Origin: Candidatus Poribacteria bacterium
GTDB lineage: Bacteria > Poribacteria > WGA-4E > WGA-3G
DNA length: 64,000 nt
Assembly: GCA_964291315.2 (NCBI GenBank)
Contig: OZ219753.1
Location: forward strand, 1,024,001-1,088,000
Direction: 5' to 3'
Both the position numbers and the translations under genes were made by a program. Under the pieces are notes generated by a model. The model had not been told where the DNA came from, did not search any database, and worked only from the letters and a program-made list of their open reading frames with translations. The number at the start of each line of letters is the position of its first letter. Within the stretch, counting starts at the first letter, position 1. Below are positions 31,987 to 41,726 of the stretch, piece by piece.

Positions 31987-32847
31987 GCTTCTTGTCGATT
32001 CCGCACTGCCAGACGACGATTCTATACCCACCGCCGCCTCATACAACGCACGGAAGTAGTCCCGACGACCCGCATACCGCAACCAACCTTTTCTCTCAAG
32101 AAAACGCAGAAACATCAAACGATTCAACAGACGCTGCGTATACAACCGACGCTCATCCGCCTCGCTCTTTGGGATCCCTGACAGTGCCGCCTCCACTAAT
32201 TCGAAGACGCTCTTATACTCACGGAAAAACTGATCCGTCACAGCCGCCACATCAAACGCACGCTGCCATTTAGCAACCCACGCTTGCGACGACGAAAAAC
32301 CGCCACGCGGAAACGCCAGAGCCGGCAGGTTGTATTCACACAGCGTCCGAAGGTGCGTATCCCCACGATCCCACGAGAATATAGACAGCACCGCATCCTG
32401 CCAAGACGCACCCGCACCTGCGAAGTGGGCAAACGCAAACCGATGAAAATCAGCAGTCGTGCAGATGAATAGCAGATGATCCAGCTCCCACGCAGGCAGC
32501 CGTGCGTCTCGGGCGCGCCTTTCAACCAGACCCCGCAGAACCCGCCGCAACTCCGTGCGATACACCCGCTCACTGCTGAATTCAACAAAGAAGATGCCCC
32601 ACGGCTGCGAGCCGACCTCGGGAGAAAATCCCAACGCCTCGCGCGCGAACGGCGGCAGCTGCAGACAGTCAGCGACTCGTGCCTCAGCCGTTTCATCAAG
32701 ATCCAGCTCTGCTGACGACCACGGGAAAGCTATCTCGCCGAGCGTCACGTCTTCGGGGATCGGCCAGTCGAGAGTGTCACGAAAGAACGCTAAGAGCGTC
32801 TCAAAGTCAGTTATAGTATCAACAGTTTCAACGGGTATATATGACAT
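31969..32847 (-). CDS. N-terminal part of type IIG (Eco57I/TaqI-like) R-M protein, copy 1; ends just after the G8 tract
   Basis: VAAVTDQFFREYK and QRLLNRLMFLRFLERKGWL helical region typical of these proteins; ends SGGGNL*. Confidence 0.75.
   Translation of the reverse strand: MSYIPVETVDTITDFETLLAFFRDTLDWPIPEDVTLGEIAFPWSSAELDLDETAEARVADCLQLPPFAREALGFSPEVGSQPWGIFFVEFSSERVYRTELRRVLRGLVERRARDARLPAWELDHLLFICTTADFHRFAFAHFAGAGASWQDAVLSIFSWDRGDTHLRTLCEYNLPALAFPRGGFSSSQAWVAKWQRAFDVAAVTDQFFREYKSVFELVEAALSGIPKSEADERRLYTQRLLNRLMFLRFLERKGWLRYAGRRDYFRALYEAAVGIESSSGSAESTRSGGGNL
31979..31986 (-). repeat. G8 homopolymer at the frame junction (candidate phase-variation tract)
   Basis: AGC GGG GGG GGT AAT CTC TGA TAA; G7 or G10 fuses the two ORFs. 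Confidence 0.8.
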
Positions 32848-32938
32848 TGGTATTCCTCAAGGGTTAGGCGATAAGTAAACGGATAACGGACATCTTGGAA
32901 AATAGACCCGACCAACGAGACGGGTGCTTCACTCTCCT

Positions 32939-32967
32939 AATATAGCACGCACCGCTTGTTTTGTCAA
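32939..32967 (-). promoter_or_regulatory. sigma-70 promoter of cassette 1
   Basis: TTGACA-17nt-TATATT with extended TG. Confidence 0.75.
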
Positions 32968-33064
32968 ATGTAGCACAACAGGCGTACCGGGTGTAGAACA
33001 TTAATCTTTAGTATGTACGCAAAACGTTACTTCGAATCACGAGGCATCTACAGTACCTATCAAT

Positions 33065-33093
33065 TTGACACGCCTTCCCCTTTGTGATAAAAT
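33065..33093 (+). promoter_or_regulatory. sigma-70 promoter of lpdA
   Basis: TTGACA-17nt-TAAAAT. Confidence 0.65.
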
Positions 33094-33122
33094 TAAATTC
33101 ATCTCAAAAGATAGGAGCAGTT

Positions 33123-34511
33123 ATGTCTACATACGATGTCATAATTATCGGCGGCGGGCCGGGCGGATACGTTGCAGCCATCAAAGCTGCACAACTCGGT
33201 GGAACGGTCTGCCTGATAGAAAAAGGGGCGTGGGGCGGAACTTGTCTGAACCGAGGGTGTATTCCAACAAAAACCCTTTTTGCTGTTGCGAATCTCGCTA
33301 CACAGATGCAGCAAGCTTCTGCTTTCGGTGTACATATCAACGGGGAGACGACAATTGATTATACGCAAGTGTTGAACCACAAAACCACTGTTGTCCAACA
33401 GTTAGAACGGGGCATCGCGCAATTATTGAAGGCGAACGTGGTCGATGTCCGTAACGGAACAGCCGAGCTTATCGATAAAAATACGATCATTGTCAACAAG
33501 CCTGATGGTGCAACTGAACAGTTGCACACGAAAAATGTTATTATTGCGACAGGTTCAGAACCCGCGAAACCACCGCTCTTTGAGATCGATGAGAACCAAG
33601 TTTTGACGACAACAGGCATTCTCAATCTTACAGAGCTTCCTGAAAGCCTGCTAATCGTTGGCGGCGGTGTATCCGGATGCGAATTTGCTTCTATCTTCAA
33701 TGCCCTCGGGTGCCGAGTGACAATAGTGGAACTTCTCCCTACCATTTTGGTGTCCGAAGATATTCAAGTTATCCGACACATTCAGCACTTCATGAAGCGC
33801 AAAGGCATCACGATCCATACCGGTGTGAAACTTACCGGTGTCAAAAAAACAGGCACACAGGTAACAGCTGTGCTTAACTCCGGCGAAGAGATCACTGCAG
33901 AAAAAATGCTTGTTTCAATCGGCAGGCGCTACAATACAGATAGGGTAGGTTTAGAAAAAGTTGGTATTCGCACCAATGGCGGGAAAATCGTTGTGGATGC
34001 ACAGATGCGCACGAACGTTTTCAATATTTATTCGGTCGGAGATGTGGCCAGCCGTTATCTGTTGGCACACGTGGCATCGGCAGAAGGGAAAGTCGCCGCA
34101 CAAAACTGCCTTGGTGCCGGCGTTGAGATGGATTATCAGGTCATTCCATGGTGTGTTTTCACCTTACCCGAAATTGGACACGTCGGAATGACAGAAGAAG
34201 AAGCAACACTTGAAGGGTATGAAGTAAAAATCGGTCGATTCCCTTACGCAGCGAACGCAAAAGCGTTAGGACTACGTCAAACAGATGGATTTGTCAAAAC
34301 TGTCTCTGATGCCGATAGCGGCGATATTCTCGGCATTCACATCGTCGGCGCGCACGCGTCAACACTTATTCATGAAGCCGCCGTCGCCCTCCGATTGGGA
34401 GCAACAGCAAGCGACATTGCACAGACTGTTCATGCACATCCTACCCTTTCAGAAATGATCATGGAATCCGCCGAAGCCGTGATGGGCAAGGCAATTCACA
34501 GTGTGCGTTAA
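33123..34511 (+). CDS. lpdA: Dihydrolipoyl dehydrogenase
   Basis: GGGPGGY, GGTCLNRGCIPTK and HAHPTLSE; start at the ATG after AGGAG. Confidence 0.92.
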   Translation: MSTYDVIIIGGGPGGYVAAIKAAQLGGTVCLIEKGAWGGTCLNRGCIPTKTLFAVANLATQMQQASAFGVHINGETTIDYTQVLNHKTTVVQQLERGIAQLLKANVVDVRNGTAELIDKNTIIVNKPDGATEQLHTKNVIIATGSEPAKPPLFEIDENQVLTTTGILNLTELPESLLIVGGGVSGCEFASIFNALGCRVTIVELLPTILVSEDIQVIRHIQHFMKRKGITIHTGVKLTGVKKTGTQVTAVLNSGEEITAEKMLVSIGRRYNTDRVGLEKVGIRTNGGKIVVDAQMRTNVFNIYSVGDVASRYLLAHVASAEGKVAAQNCLGAGVEMDYQVIPWCVFTLPEIGHVGMTEEEATLEGYEVKIGRFPYAANAKALGLRQTDGFVKTVSDADSGDILGIHIVGAHASTLIHEAAVALRLGATASDIAQTVHAHPTLSEMIMESAEAVMGKAIHSVR

Positions 34512-35413
34512 AAACGGACAGCTTCTTGGAGTTCATCATAGCGCGCCAAAATTTCAGAAAACCGAACGCGCTTTTGTCTGTCAACGCTGAAATCTTCAAT
34601 ATTAAAAGAGGCAAGAACCGTGCCGTAAATCATTGCACTGCGTACCGCCTTCTCAGAAGTATCGTCAACCGATGCAAGATACCCCATCATGCCCCCCGCA
34701 AAACTATCTCCTGCCCCTGTAGGATCTGTTACCTGTGTGAGTGGATACGCAGGCGCACTAAAGAAGGACGACTCTGTGACGCTGATAGCACCATGCTCCC
34801 CCTTTTTAATGATAACCCTTTTTGGACCATAACGTAGAATCTCTCGGGCCGCCCGCATCAAATTGGAATCACCGGTGAACAAGCGCGCCTCACTGTCATT
34901 TAAAATGAGAACATCTACACGTCTTAAGAGGGCTTCTAATGCCTCCCGCTCCTCATTAATCCAAAAATCCATCGTATCGCAAACAATGAACTTCGAATCC
35001 TTCGCTTGTTCAATGATGCTCAATTGTAGCAGCGGGGAATTATTCGCTAAAAAAAGATACGGAGTCTCCCTATAAGTTTCAGGTAAAACAGGCTGGAAAT
35101 CCCTAACAACATTTAATTCTGTGAAAAGTGTATCTCGTACGTTAAAATCTGCGGCATAACGCCCGCCCCATCGAAACGATTTGCCAGAATCAATCTGCTT
35201 TAGACCTTGGAGATCGATGCCTTGAGTCTCAAGGAACTCTGTGTACGCACCCGGGAAATCAGCACCGATAACACCAACAAGCTGCACAGCGTTCTTAAAA
35301 AAATTCGCCGCGACAGCGGCGTACACGCCAGAACCACCTAGTACATCTTCAACGCGTGTACTCGGGGTCTCCACCGTATCTAAAGTAACTGTTCCAACGA
35401 CCAAAACTCCCAT
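34508..35413 (-). CDS. PfkB family sugar/nucleoside kinase
   Basis: LGGSG and DPTGAGDSFAGG. Confidence 0.88.
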   Translation of the reverse strand: MGVLVVGTVTLDTVETPSTRVEDVLGGSGVYAAVAANFFKNAVQLVGVIGADFPGAYTEFLETQGIDLQGLKQIDSGKSFRWGGRYAADFNVRDTLFTELNVVRDFQPVLPETYRETPYLFLANNSPLLQLSIIEQAKDSKFIVCDTMDFWINEEREALEALLRRVDVLILNDSEARLFTGDSNLMRAAREILRYGPKRVIIKKGEHGAISVTESSFFSAPAYPLTQVTDPTGAGDSFAGGMMGYLASVDDTSEKAVRSAMIYGTVLASFNIEDFSVDRQKRVRFSEILARYDELQEAVRF

Positions 35414-35466
35414 ACCTTAAGTTTCTGTTTCCCCAAATATATAGGCGCAAATTCCTGTTTTTAAAA

Positions 35467-35712
35467 TCAGAAAGGCCCCGGCCTATTTTTATTTTCGCGT
35501 AATGCATGCATAACCCGTCGCAAACGCCGAACAACGATTACACCAAGTACAACAACTATCGGATACTGCAAGATACCCAAGACCTTTAACAACGACGCAG
35601 GCAAAGGCAACGCTATTTTCTGAGAGGATGCCATGATTGGAAATAAAAGGACCGCGGATACAAGCAGTATAATCCATTCCCAAATCTCTGATTTTTTCAT
35701 AAGCCACCCCAT
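35467..35712 (-). CDS. Small two-TM hypothetical protein
   Basis: Two hydrophobic helices, within the ahcY-pfkB gene run. Confidence 0.5.
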   Translation of the reverse strand: MGWLMKKSEIWEWIILLVSAVLLFPIMASSQKIALPLPASLLKVLGILQYPIVVVLGVIVVRRLRRVMHALRENKNRPGPF

Positions 35713-35736
35713 AAAGCGCTAACGTTCACAACAGAG

Positions 35737-37002
35737 CTAAGTTCCGATTTCCCACGAGTTAAGGTATTTTTCTTGCTCAGGCGTGAGTGTGTCAATATGA
35801 ATGCCGAACGCTTGTAGCTTCAATTGAGCCACGCTTTCGTCGATAGATTTAGGAACATTGTATACACGGTTTTCAAGACTGTCACGGTTCTTAGCGATGT
35901 ATTCAACGGATAATGCCTGATTCGCAAAACTCATATCCATGACACTAGCAGGATGCCCTTCTGCCGCAGCGAGGTTTACCAATCTGCCTTCACCTACGAG
36001 GTAGAGTTTCCTGCCATCCGCGAGTGTATACACGTTTACATACGGTCGCGCGTTCCCTATGTCGCAGCTTAGCTTTTCCAACGCAGGGATATCAATTTCT
36101 ACGTCGAAATGACCGGAATTCGCGATAATCGCGCCATCCTTCATCACTTCAAAATGTTCCTTACGCAAAACGTGAATATCCCCTGTAAGCGTCACGACCA
36201 AACCGGCTTCTTGAACCGCTTGTTGCATCGGCATAACTCTGAATCCGTCCATCACGGCTTCTAACGCTCTCAATGGATCGACTTCAGTTACAATAACGTT
36301 TGCCCCTAAACCGCGTGCACGACTGGCAACCCCTCTCCCGCACCACCCGTAGCCCGCTATGACAACTGTCGTCCCAGCAATCAGAAGATTGGTCGCCCTG
36401 ATAATACCGTCAAGTGTGCTCTGCCCTGTACCGTATCGGTTGTCAAAAAAATGTTTTGTATGAGCGTCGTTGACAGCAAGGATAGGATATCTCAGGACAC
36501 CCTCGTTCGCCATACTTTTGAGACGGATGACCCCGGTGGTTGTTTCCTCTGTTCCAGCAACCACCCGCTCAATTAACGCAGGGTTAGTTTCTTCAGAGTG
36601 AAGCCTTGAGACAAGATCAGCCCCATCGTCCATGGTAATCGCAGGTTGTGTATCAAGGACCGCATCAATGTGTTTATAATAGGTTTCTGTGTCCACACCG
36701 TCAACTGCAAAAACACCGATCTTTTCGTCAACAACAAGAGAGGCAGCGACATCATCTTGAGTGCTGAGCGGGTTTGATGCACACACAACTGCCTCCGCGC
36801 CGCCTGCTTTCAACGTCTTCATCAAATTTGCTGTTTCAGTTGTAACGTGCAAACAGGCTGCTATCCTTAATCCCTCCAAAGGCCGTTCCCTCGCGAACCG
36901 TTCTCGGATGGATTCCAGTACTGGCATGAATCGATGTGCCCAATCGATTCGTTGTTTCCCTGTTGACGCGAGGTCTGTTGTTTTAATATCGTAGTTCATC
37001 AC
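35737..37002 (-). CDS. ahcY: Adenosylhomocysteinase
   Basis: [33 protein letters not shown] and [11 protein letters not shown]. Confidence 0.95.
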   Translation of the reverse strand: MMNYDIKTTDLASTGKQRIDWAHRFMPVLESIRERFARERPLEGLRIAACLHVTTETANLMKTLKAGGAEAVVCASNPLSTQDDVAASLVVDEKIGVFAVDGVDTETYYKHIDAVLDTQPAITMDDGADLVSRLHSEETNPALIERVVAGTEETTTGVIRLKSMANEGVLRYPILAVNDAHTKHFFDNRYGTGQSTLDGIIRATNLLIAGTTVVIAGYGWCGRGVASRARGLGANVIVTEVDPLRALEAVMDGFRVMPMQQAVQEAGLVVTLTGDIHVLRKEHFEVMKDGAIIANSGHFDVEIDIPALEKLSCDIGNARPYVNVYTLADGRKLYLVGEGRLVNLAAAEGHPASVMDMSFANQALSVEYIAKNRDSLENRVYNVPKSIDESVAQLKLQAFGIHIDTLTPEQEKYLNSWEIGT

Positions 37003-37038
37003 TTTCCTTTTTCGCTAATATTTTCGATCTTCTTCAAA

Positions 37039-38166
37039 CTACCGGAGTTTTTCGATGTAATCGGTTTCTTCCCAAGTAAAACCAGGGGCTTCGCGCCCGA
37101 AATGCCCGTAGGCAGCTGTGTTTTGATAGATAGGCCGACGCAACTTCAACCGTTCAATAATACCGATTGGCGTTAAATCAAAATGGGTGTTAACAAGTTT
37201 TGTAAGGGCTTCATCATCACCTGTCCCGAAGGTATCTACCATGACAGAAATGGGGTCCGCTCTCCCGATTGCATAAGAAATTTGGATCTCACAACGTTCC
37301 GCACGCCCAGCTGCAACGATGTTTTTAGCAACATGCCGAGCTGCATAAGTCGCACTTCGATCTACTTTAGTTGGATCCTTCCCAGAAAGTGCCCCACCAC
37401 CATGTCGTCCCATGCCCCCATACGTATCAGCAATAATCTTTCGCCCGGTTAATCCGGCATCCCCTTGCGGACCTCCGGTTACAAAGCGTCCTGTTGGATT
37501 AATATGATATTTAATATCTGGACTTCGGAGATTTTCAGGTATAACTTTTTTGATTACCTCTTCGATAATTGATTCCCGGAGGCGAGTATCCACGTCGACA
37601 TCCGGATCATGTTGTGAGGAGATAACAACTGTCGTAACAGCCTTAGGTTCATTATCGGCATATTCAACTGTCACTTGAGATTTCCCATCAGGCCGAATAA
37701 AGGGAAGGATACCGTCCTTCCGAACTTCTGCCAAGCGCCTCGTTAATTGATGCGCAAGAGTAATCGGCAACGGCATTAATTCTGGCGTTTCGGTGCAAGC
37801 GTATCCAAACATCAAACCTTGGTCGCCCGCACCGCCTAGGTCCACCCCCAGCGCAATATCAGGCGATTGTTTATCAATGATGCTCAAGACAGCGCTTCGG
37901 TCAGCGTCAAAACCGTATTCAATATGAGTGTACCCGATATCGGTAAGTACGCGCCGTGCAATTTGCTTATCGTCGTAGTTTGTAGTTGTAGTGATCTCGC
38001 CAGCGATAACAACAAGCCCTGTTGTGACCAAAGTCTCACAGCCGACTCTACCCATAGGGTCGGTTGCTAGTATAGCATCAAGCACCGCGTCGGAGATCTG
38101 GTCTGCGACTTTGTCCGGATGTCCCTCAGTGACAGACTCGGACGTAAATAGAAAATTTTTGCTCAA
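37039..38166 (-). CDS. metK: S-adenosylmethionine synthetase
   Basis: [19 protein letters not shown] and [11 protein letters not shown]; start reassigned to the TTG after GGAG. Confidence 0.95.
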   Translation of the reverse strand: MSKNFLFTSESVTEGHPDKVADQISDAVLDAILATDPMGRVGCETLVTTGLVVIAGEITTTTNYDDKQIARRVLTDIGYTHIEYGFDADRSAVLSIIDKQSPDIALGVDLGGAGDQGLMFGYACTETPELMPLPITLAHQLTRRLAEVRKDGILPFIRPDGKSQVTVEYADNEPKAVTTVVISSQHDPDVDVDTRLRESIIEEVIKKVIPENLRSPDIKYHINPTGRFVTGGPQGDAGLTGRKIIADTYGGMGRHGGGALSGKDPTKVDRSATYAARHVAKNIVAAGRAERCEIQISYAIGRADPISVMVDTFGTGDDEALTKLVNTHFDLTPIGIIERLKLRRPIYQNTAAYGHFGREAPGFTWEETDYIEKLR

Positions 38167-38405
38167 TTCCGGGGCTCCCAGTTTATATATGTATCTCTCA
38201 ACCGTATCATAATTGCTAAACTTTAGGTGTAAGAGATGAAGAGTGGATCCCAAGACCCACTCTTACACATAAATGTAGAAAACGGACAGACTTAACCTCC
38301 ACGTCTACACTTAAATGTCAACATCTCTGTAGCAAGGTTTTCTTCTAGGCACCTGTTTCCACACCGAAAGCGTGAATCTGGTCCGGGCAGAAGATACAAG
38401 GGACG

Positions 38406-40619
38406 TTAATTCTCGGAGTTCTCAGTATTCTCGGTATTCGCGGTATTCTCAGAACTCTCAGTGCTCTCCAAACTTTCAGCGTTTGACTTACCCATTTCTT
38501 CTTTGAGTAGATGCCCCAGTGTCGTGGGAGTTTCCTCGTGTGCCGGCATTCGGCGTCGGGGTGTCCTTTCTCGCCGTGGACGAGGCGGACGCTCGTACCG
38601 TTTTTCCTTTTGAGTTGGCTGCGCCTCCTCAGGGGCTGCCGCCCGTTCTTGTTCGGCAATGAGCGCTTTCAAGCTAAGCCCGATGCGCCGTTCTTTTGGA
38701 AACAGATTAATCACTTTTAGGTCTAGCTCGTCTCCAACAGAAACAATCTCTTCCGGTTTTTCAATCCGGTGGTTCGCAAGTTCAGAGATATGAATTAAAC
38801 CTTCAATGCCCTCCTCAAGCTTTGTGAACGCCCCAAAACTGGTGAGATTGACGATTGTGCCTCGGACAACAGAACCAACTTTGTACTTCTCTGGCACTTC
38901 TTCCCAAGGATCCGGCTGCACCTGCTTCAGCCCAAGTGAAACCCGCCGCTCAGCAGCGTCAATTTGTAGCACAACTACCTCAATTTCACTACCTTCTTTA
39001 AGGTCCGCATTGGCTGCAGCTCCCCGTTTCGTCCATGAGATATCCGAAGTATGAATCAAACCGTCGATCCCGGGTTCGATTTCAACAAATACACCAAAAT
39101 TCGTCAAGTTTCGAATACGCCCGGTGATTTTGCTACCAACCGGGGCTCGTTCTTCTAAAAGCTCCCAAGGATTCTGTTGCAGCTGCTTAAGTCCAAGTGA
39201 AATACGTTTGTCTCCCCTTGAGATTTCAAGCACGACCGCTTCAATTTTATCGCCTTTGTTGACAATCCTTGATGGCGCGACATTGCGCCGAGTCCATGCC
39301 ATTTCAGATACATGAATCAGTCCTTCTACACCTTCTTCAAGCTGCAAAAATGCCCCATAGTTGACAATGTTCACAACAACACCATTAACTCTGGAGCCAA
39401 TTGGGTACTTCTCCTCAATGTTTGCCCATGGATCTGGCGTTTTCTGTTTCAAACCCAACGAAATCTTCTCGTTCTCCGGATCGATACCGATGACTTGGAC
39501 CTCAATTTCTTCTCCAACTGAAACAACGTCAGAGGGGTGATGGATGCGTTTCCAGGCCAGGTCTGTTTTATGGAGCAACCCATCAACACCACCAAGATCC
39601 ACAAATGCCCCGAAAGCCGTAATATTTTTTACCACGCCCTTGACGAGTTGACCTACTTCAAGCGCACTGAGGACTTCCAAGCGCTTTTTCACCAATTCTG
39701 CCTCTAAGCAGGCGCGACGAGACAAGACGATGTTGTGCCGGCGCTTACTGAGACTGATAACTGTCATGTCAAGCGTCTGACCCACATACTGCTCAAGGTT
39801 CTGGATGGGCCGGAGTTCAACCTGTGAAGCCGGCAAAAAACCTCGCAGAGAGCCGATAGTTACCCGTAATCCACCTTTAATACGTTGGGTGATACGACCT
39901 TTGACAGGTGCGCTAGTCTCATACGCGGTCGCTATCTCATCCCAAATGAGAGTCTGGTCAGCTATCTTCTTTGAAAGAACTATTTGCCCTTCCGAGTCTT
40001 CACGCCTAACAATGTAGACATCGATTTGATCCCCGGCCTGTAAAGCAGGTAAATCGTTTTCCCCAATATCAAATTCGGATGCTGGAATGTAGCCCTCCGA
40101 CTTAAAGCCTATATCGATCATCACCTCATCGCGGGTGACATCCACGACGGTTCCTTTAACAATCTCACCGTCGGTAAATGCTTTGATCGAATTATCATAC
40201 GCTTCTTCAAGAGATTCAGCGCTCATCGGTTCTAGTGACTCTTCCGGCGCTGCCACTTCCTCTTCAGATACGTTTTCATCAGTAACCTCTGCCGCTTGTT
40301 CACTATCCGCCTCACTCTCAGGAATCGCCTCCGCACCCTCTTCAGGTTCGGTCTCAACTATCTGTTCAGGCGGGGCTTCATCCGTAGATGATACCGCTTG
40401 TTCAGAGTCTAGATCCCCTGCAGCCGTTTCTACTTCACTGCTCGAAGCTTCTTCATGCATCTCAATCTCTGCATCGGTTGTTGAAGCTGCCTGCACAGCT
40501 TCTAGAGATTCTGTCTCGCTTGCCGTATCCTGATGTACCTCAACCGAGTTTTCAGTTGAAGACTGTTCTTCTTCCACATCAACAGTGGATACGCTTGTAT
40601 TTGCTTGTTCGTTGTTCAT
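38406..40619 (-). CDS. rpsA: 30S ribosomal protein S1 with acidic N- and C-terminal extensions
   Basis: Six S1 repeats (DIGFKSEG, FLPASQ, FGAFVDLGGVDGLLH, EGLIHVSE, ISLGLKQ). Confidence 0.93.
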   Translation of the reverse strand: MNNEQANTSVSTVDVEEEQSSTENSVEVHQDTASETESLEAVQAASTTDAEIEMHEEASSSEVETAAGDLDSEQAVSSTDEAPPEQIVETEPEEGAEAIPESEADSEQAAEVTDENVSEEEVAAPEESLEPMSAESLEEAYDNSIKAFTDGEIVKGTVVDVTRDEVMIDIGFKSEGYIPASEFDIGENDLPALQAGDQIDVYIVRREDSEGQIVLSKKIADQTLIWDEIATAYETSAPVKGRITQRIKGGLRVTIGSLRGFLPASQVELRPIQNLEQYVGQTLDMTVISLSKRRHNIVLSRRACLEAELVKKRLEVLSALEVGQLVKGVVKNITAFGAFVDLGGVDGLLHKTDLAWKRIHHPSDVVSVGEEIEVQVIGIDPENEKISLGLKQKTPDPWANIEEKYPIGSRVNGVVVNIVNYGAFLQLEEGVEGLIHVSEMAWTRRNVAPSRIVNKGDKIEAVVLEISRGDKRISLGLKQLQQNPWELLEERAPVGSKITGRIRNLTNFGVFVEIEPGIDGLIHTSDISWTKRGAAANADLKEGSEIEVVVLQIDAAERRVSLGLKQVQPDPWEEVPEKYKVGSVVRGTIVNLTSFGAFTKLEEGIEGLIHISELANHRIEKPEEIVSVGDELDLKVINLFPKERRIGLSLKALIAEQERAAAPEEAQPTQKEKRYERPPRPRRERTPRRRMPAHEETPTTLGHLLKEEMGKSNAESLESTESSENTANTENTENSEN

Positions 40620-40906
40620 TAAGATACCTGGTCCATTTAAAAACGCACAACCGCGTTAATCCGCCAGTTCCTCCTTATATTCAAAGTGCTTTTAACACTT
40701 CCAAATCGGTTACATAATAGTATACCATAAATGCGGTCAGAAAAGCAACAATTTTTTGCATCGCGATTTGATCTCCCTAAAAAAACGACCATACCTCGAT
40801 ATTCAATGACAAAATTTTGCTTGACTTTTTCCTTGAATTAAGATAGAATTCACAGAAAACAATCCTAATTAAGCCGACTAGTCATCTATAAGAAGAGGTA
40901 ATTTCT

Positions 40907-41260
40907 ATGGACTCAACCCAATTAATGAAACTCCGCGAGGAGTCCGGCATTAAGATCATCGAGATAAAAACAGACTTAAGTAGTTACGGAGCATCTGATT
41001 TACGGAAAGTACTTGAAGACCTTTTAGTCGAGAAAGTGGACAGAGTGGTCGTTAACCTCAGCGAAGTAAGTCATATCAATAGTACCGCCGTGGGGGCACT
41101 TGTAGGTGTTGCCAAACGTCTCCGACAGAATGGCGGCGACCTTAAAATTTGCGCACTTGCCGACAACTTGGCGCGCACCTTCCACCTTATCGGGGCTTCA
41201 AGTGTCCTTGAAATCTATGAATCAGAACACAGCGCCCTCGCTGCATTTGAAACCTATTAA
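40907..41260 (+). CDS. STAS anti-anti-sigma factor (RsbV-like)
   Basis: VNLSEVSHINSTAVGALV. Confidence 0.85.
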   Translation: MDSTQLMKLREESGIKIIEIKTDLSSYGASDLRKVLEDLLVEKVDRVVVNLSEVSHINSTAVGALVGVAKRLRQNGGDLKICALADNLARTFHLIGASSVLEIYESEHSALAAFETY

Positions 41261-41270
41261 ATCTTAACAT

Positions 41271-41726
41271 ATGGCGAAAGCAGAAATTGAACTTAATATC
41301 CCAAGCACCGTTTTTTATATTGAACCTGTCCGAGCGTTCATCGGGACCTTGGCCCAAAGCCTCGGATTTTCTAGAAAACGCCTCGCAGACATCCAACTCG
41401 TGCTTGACGAAGTTTGTAGCAACGCAGTACATCACGGTTCAGCTAATGCTGCAGTTGGTATCAAATTGCAGATAAGTGCGGACACACATGCCCTTGAAAT
41501 TGTAGTGAGGGATACTGGGCCGGGAGATGTCAGCGGAAAGTGTTGGTTAACTTGTGAAAGACTTTTGGAAATTGAGGCAAATCGTTCTCCAACCAATGAG
41601 CGAGGACACGGCATTTTCATCGCGAAATCTCTTTCTGATACTCATGAGATGCGATGCAACGAGACCGGCGGTACAGATGTCCGAGTTGTTTTCCATCTCT
41701 TAAGATCTAGCAAATCCAAGCTTTAA
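41271..41726 (+). CDS. Anti-sigma factor Ser kinase (RsbW-like HATPase)
   Basis: EVCSNAVHHG, DTGPG and RGHGIF. Confidence 0.85.
   Translation: MAKAEIELNIPSTVFYIEPVRAFIGTLAQSLGFSRKRLADIQLVLDEVCSNAVHHGSANAAVGIKLQISADTHALEIVVRDTGPGDVSGKCWLTCERLLEIEANRSPTNERGHGIFIAKSLSDTHEMRCNETGGTDVRVVFHLLRSSKSKL

Larger units (their letters stand above)
29640..32967 (-). repeat. Methyltransferase cassette copy 1 (promoter to stop codon); direct repeat of 51746..55100
   Basis: Near identity by direct comparison over the 5' ~2.5 kb at offset 22133; similarity ends at TTGACA and at the TGA stop. Confidence 0.92.

Noticed and set aside
40708-40736. TTATGTAACC on the minus strand as a XerD arm
   Set aside because: Better explained as the TATACT -10 region of the rpsA promoter; no XerC arm
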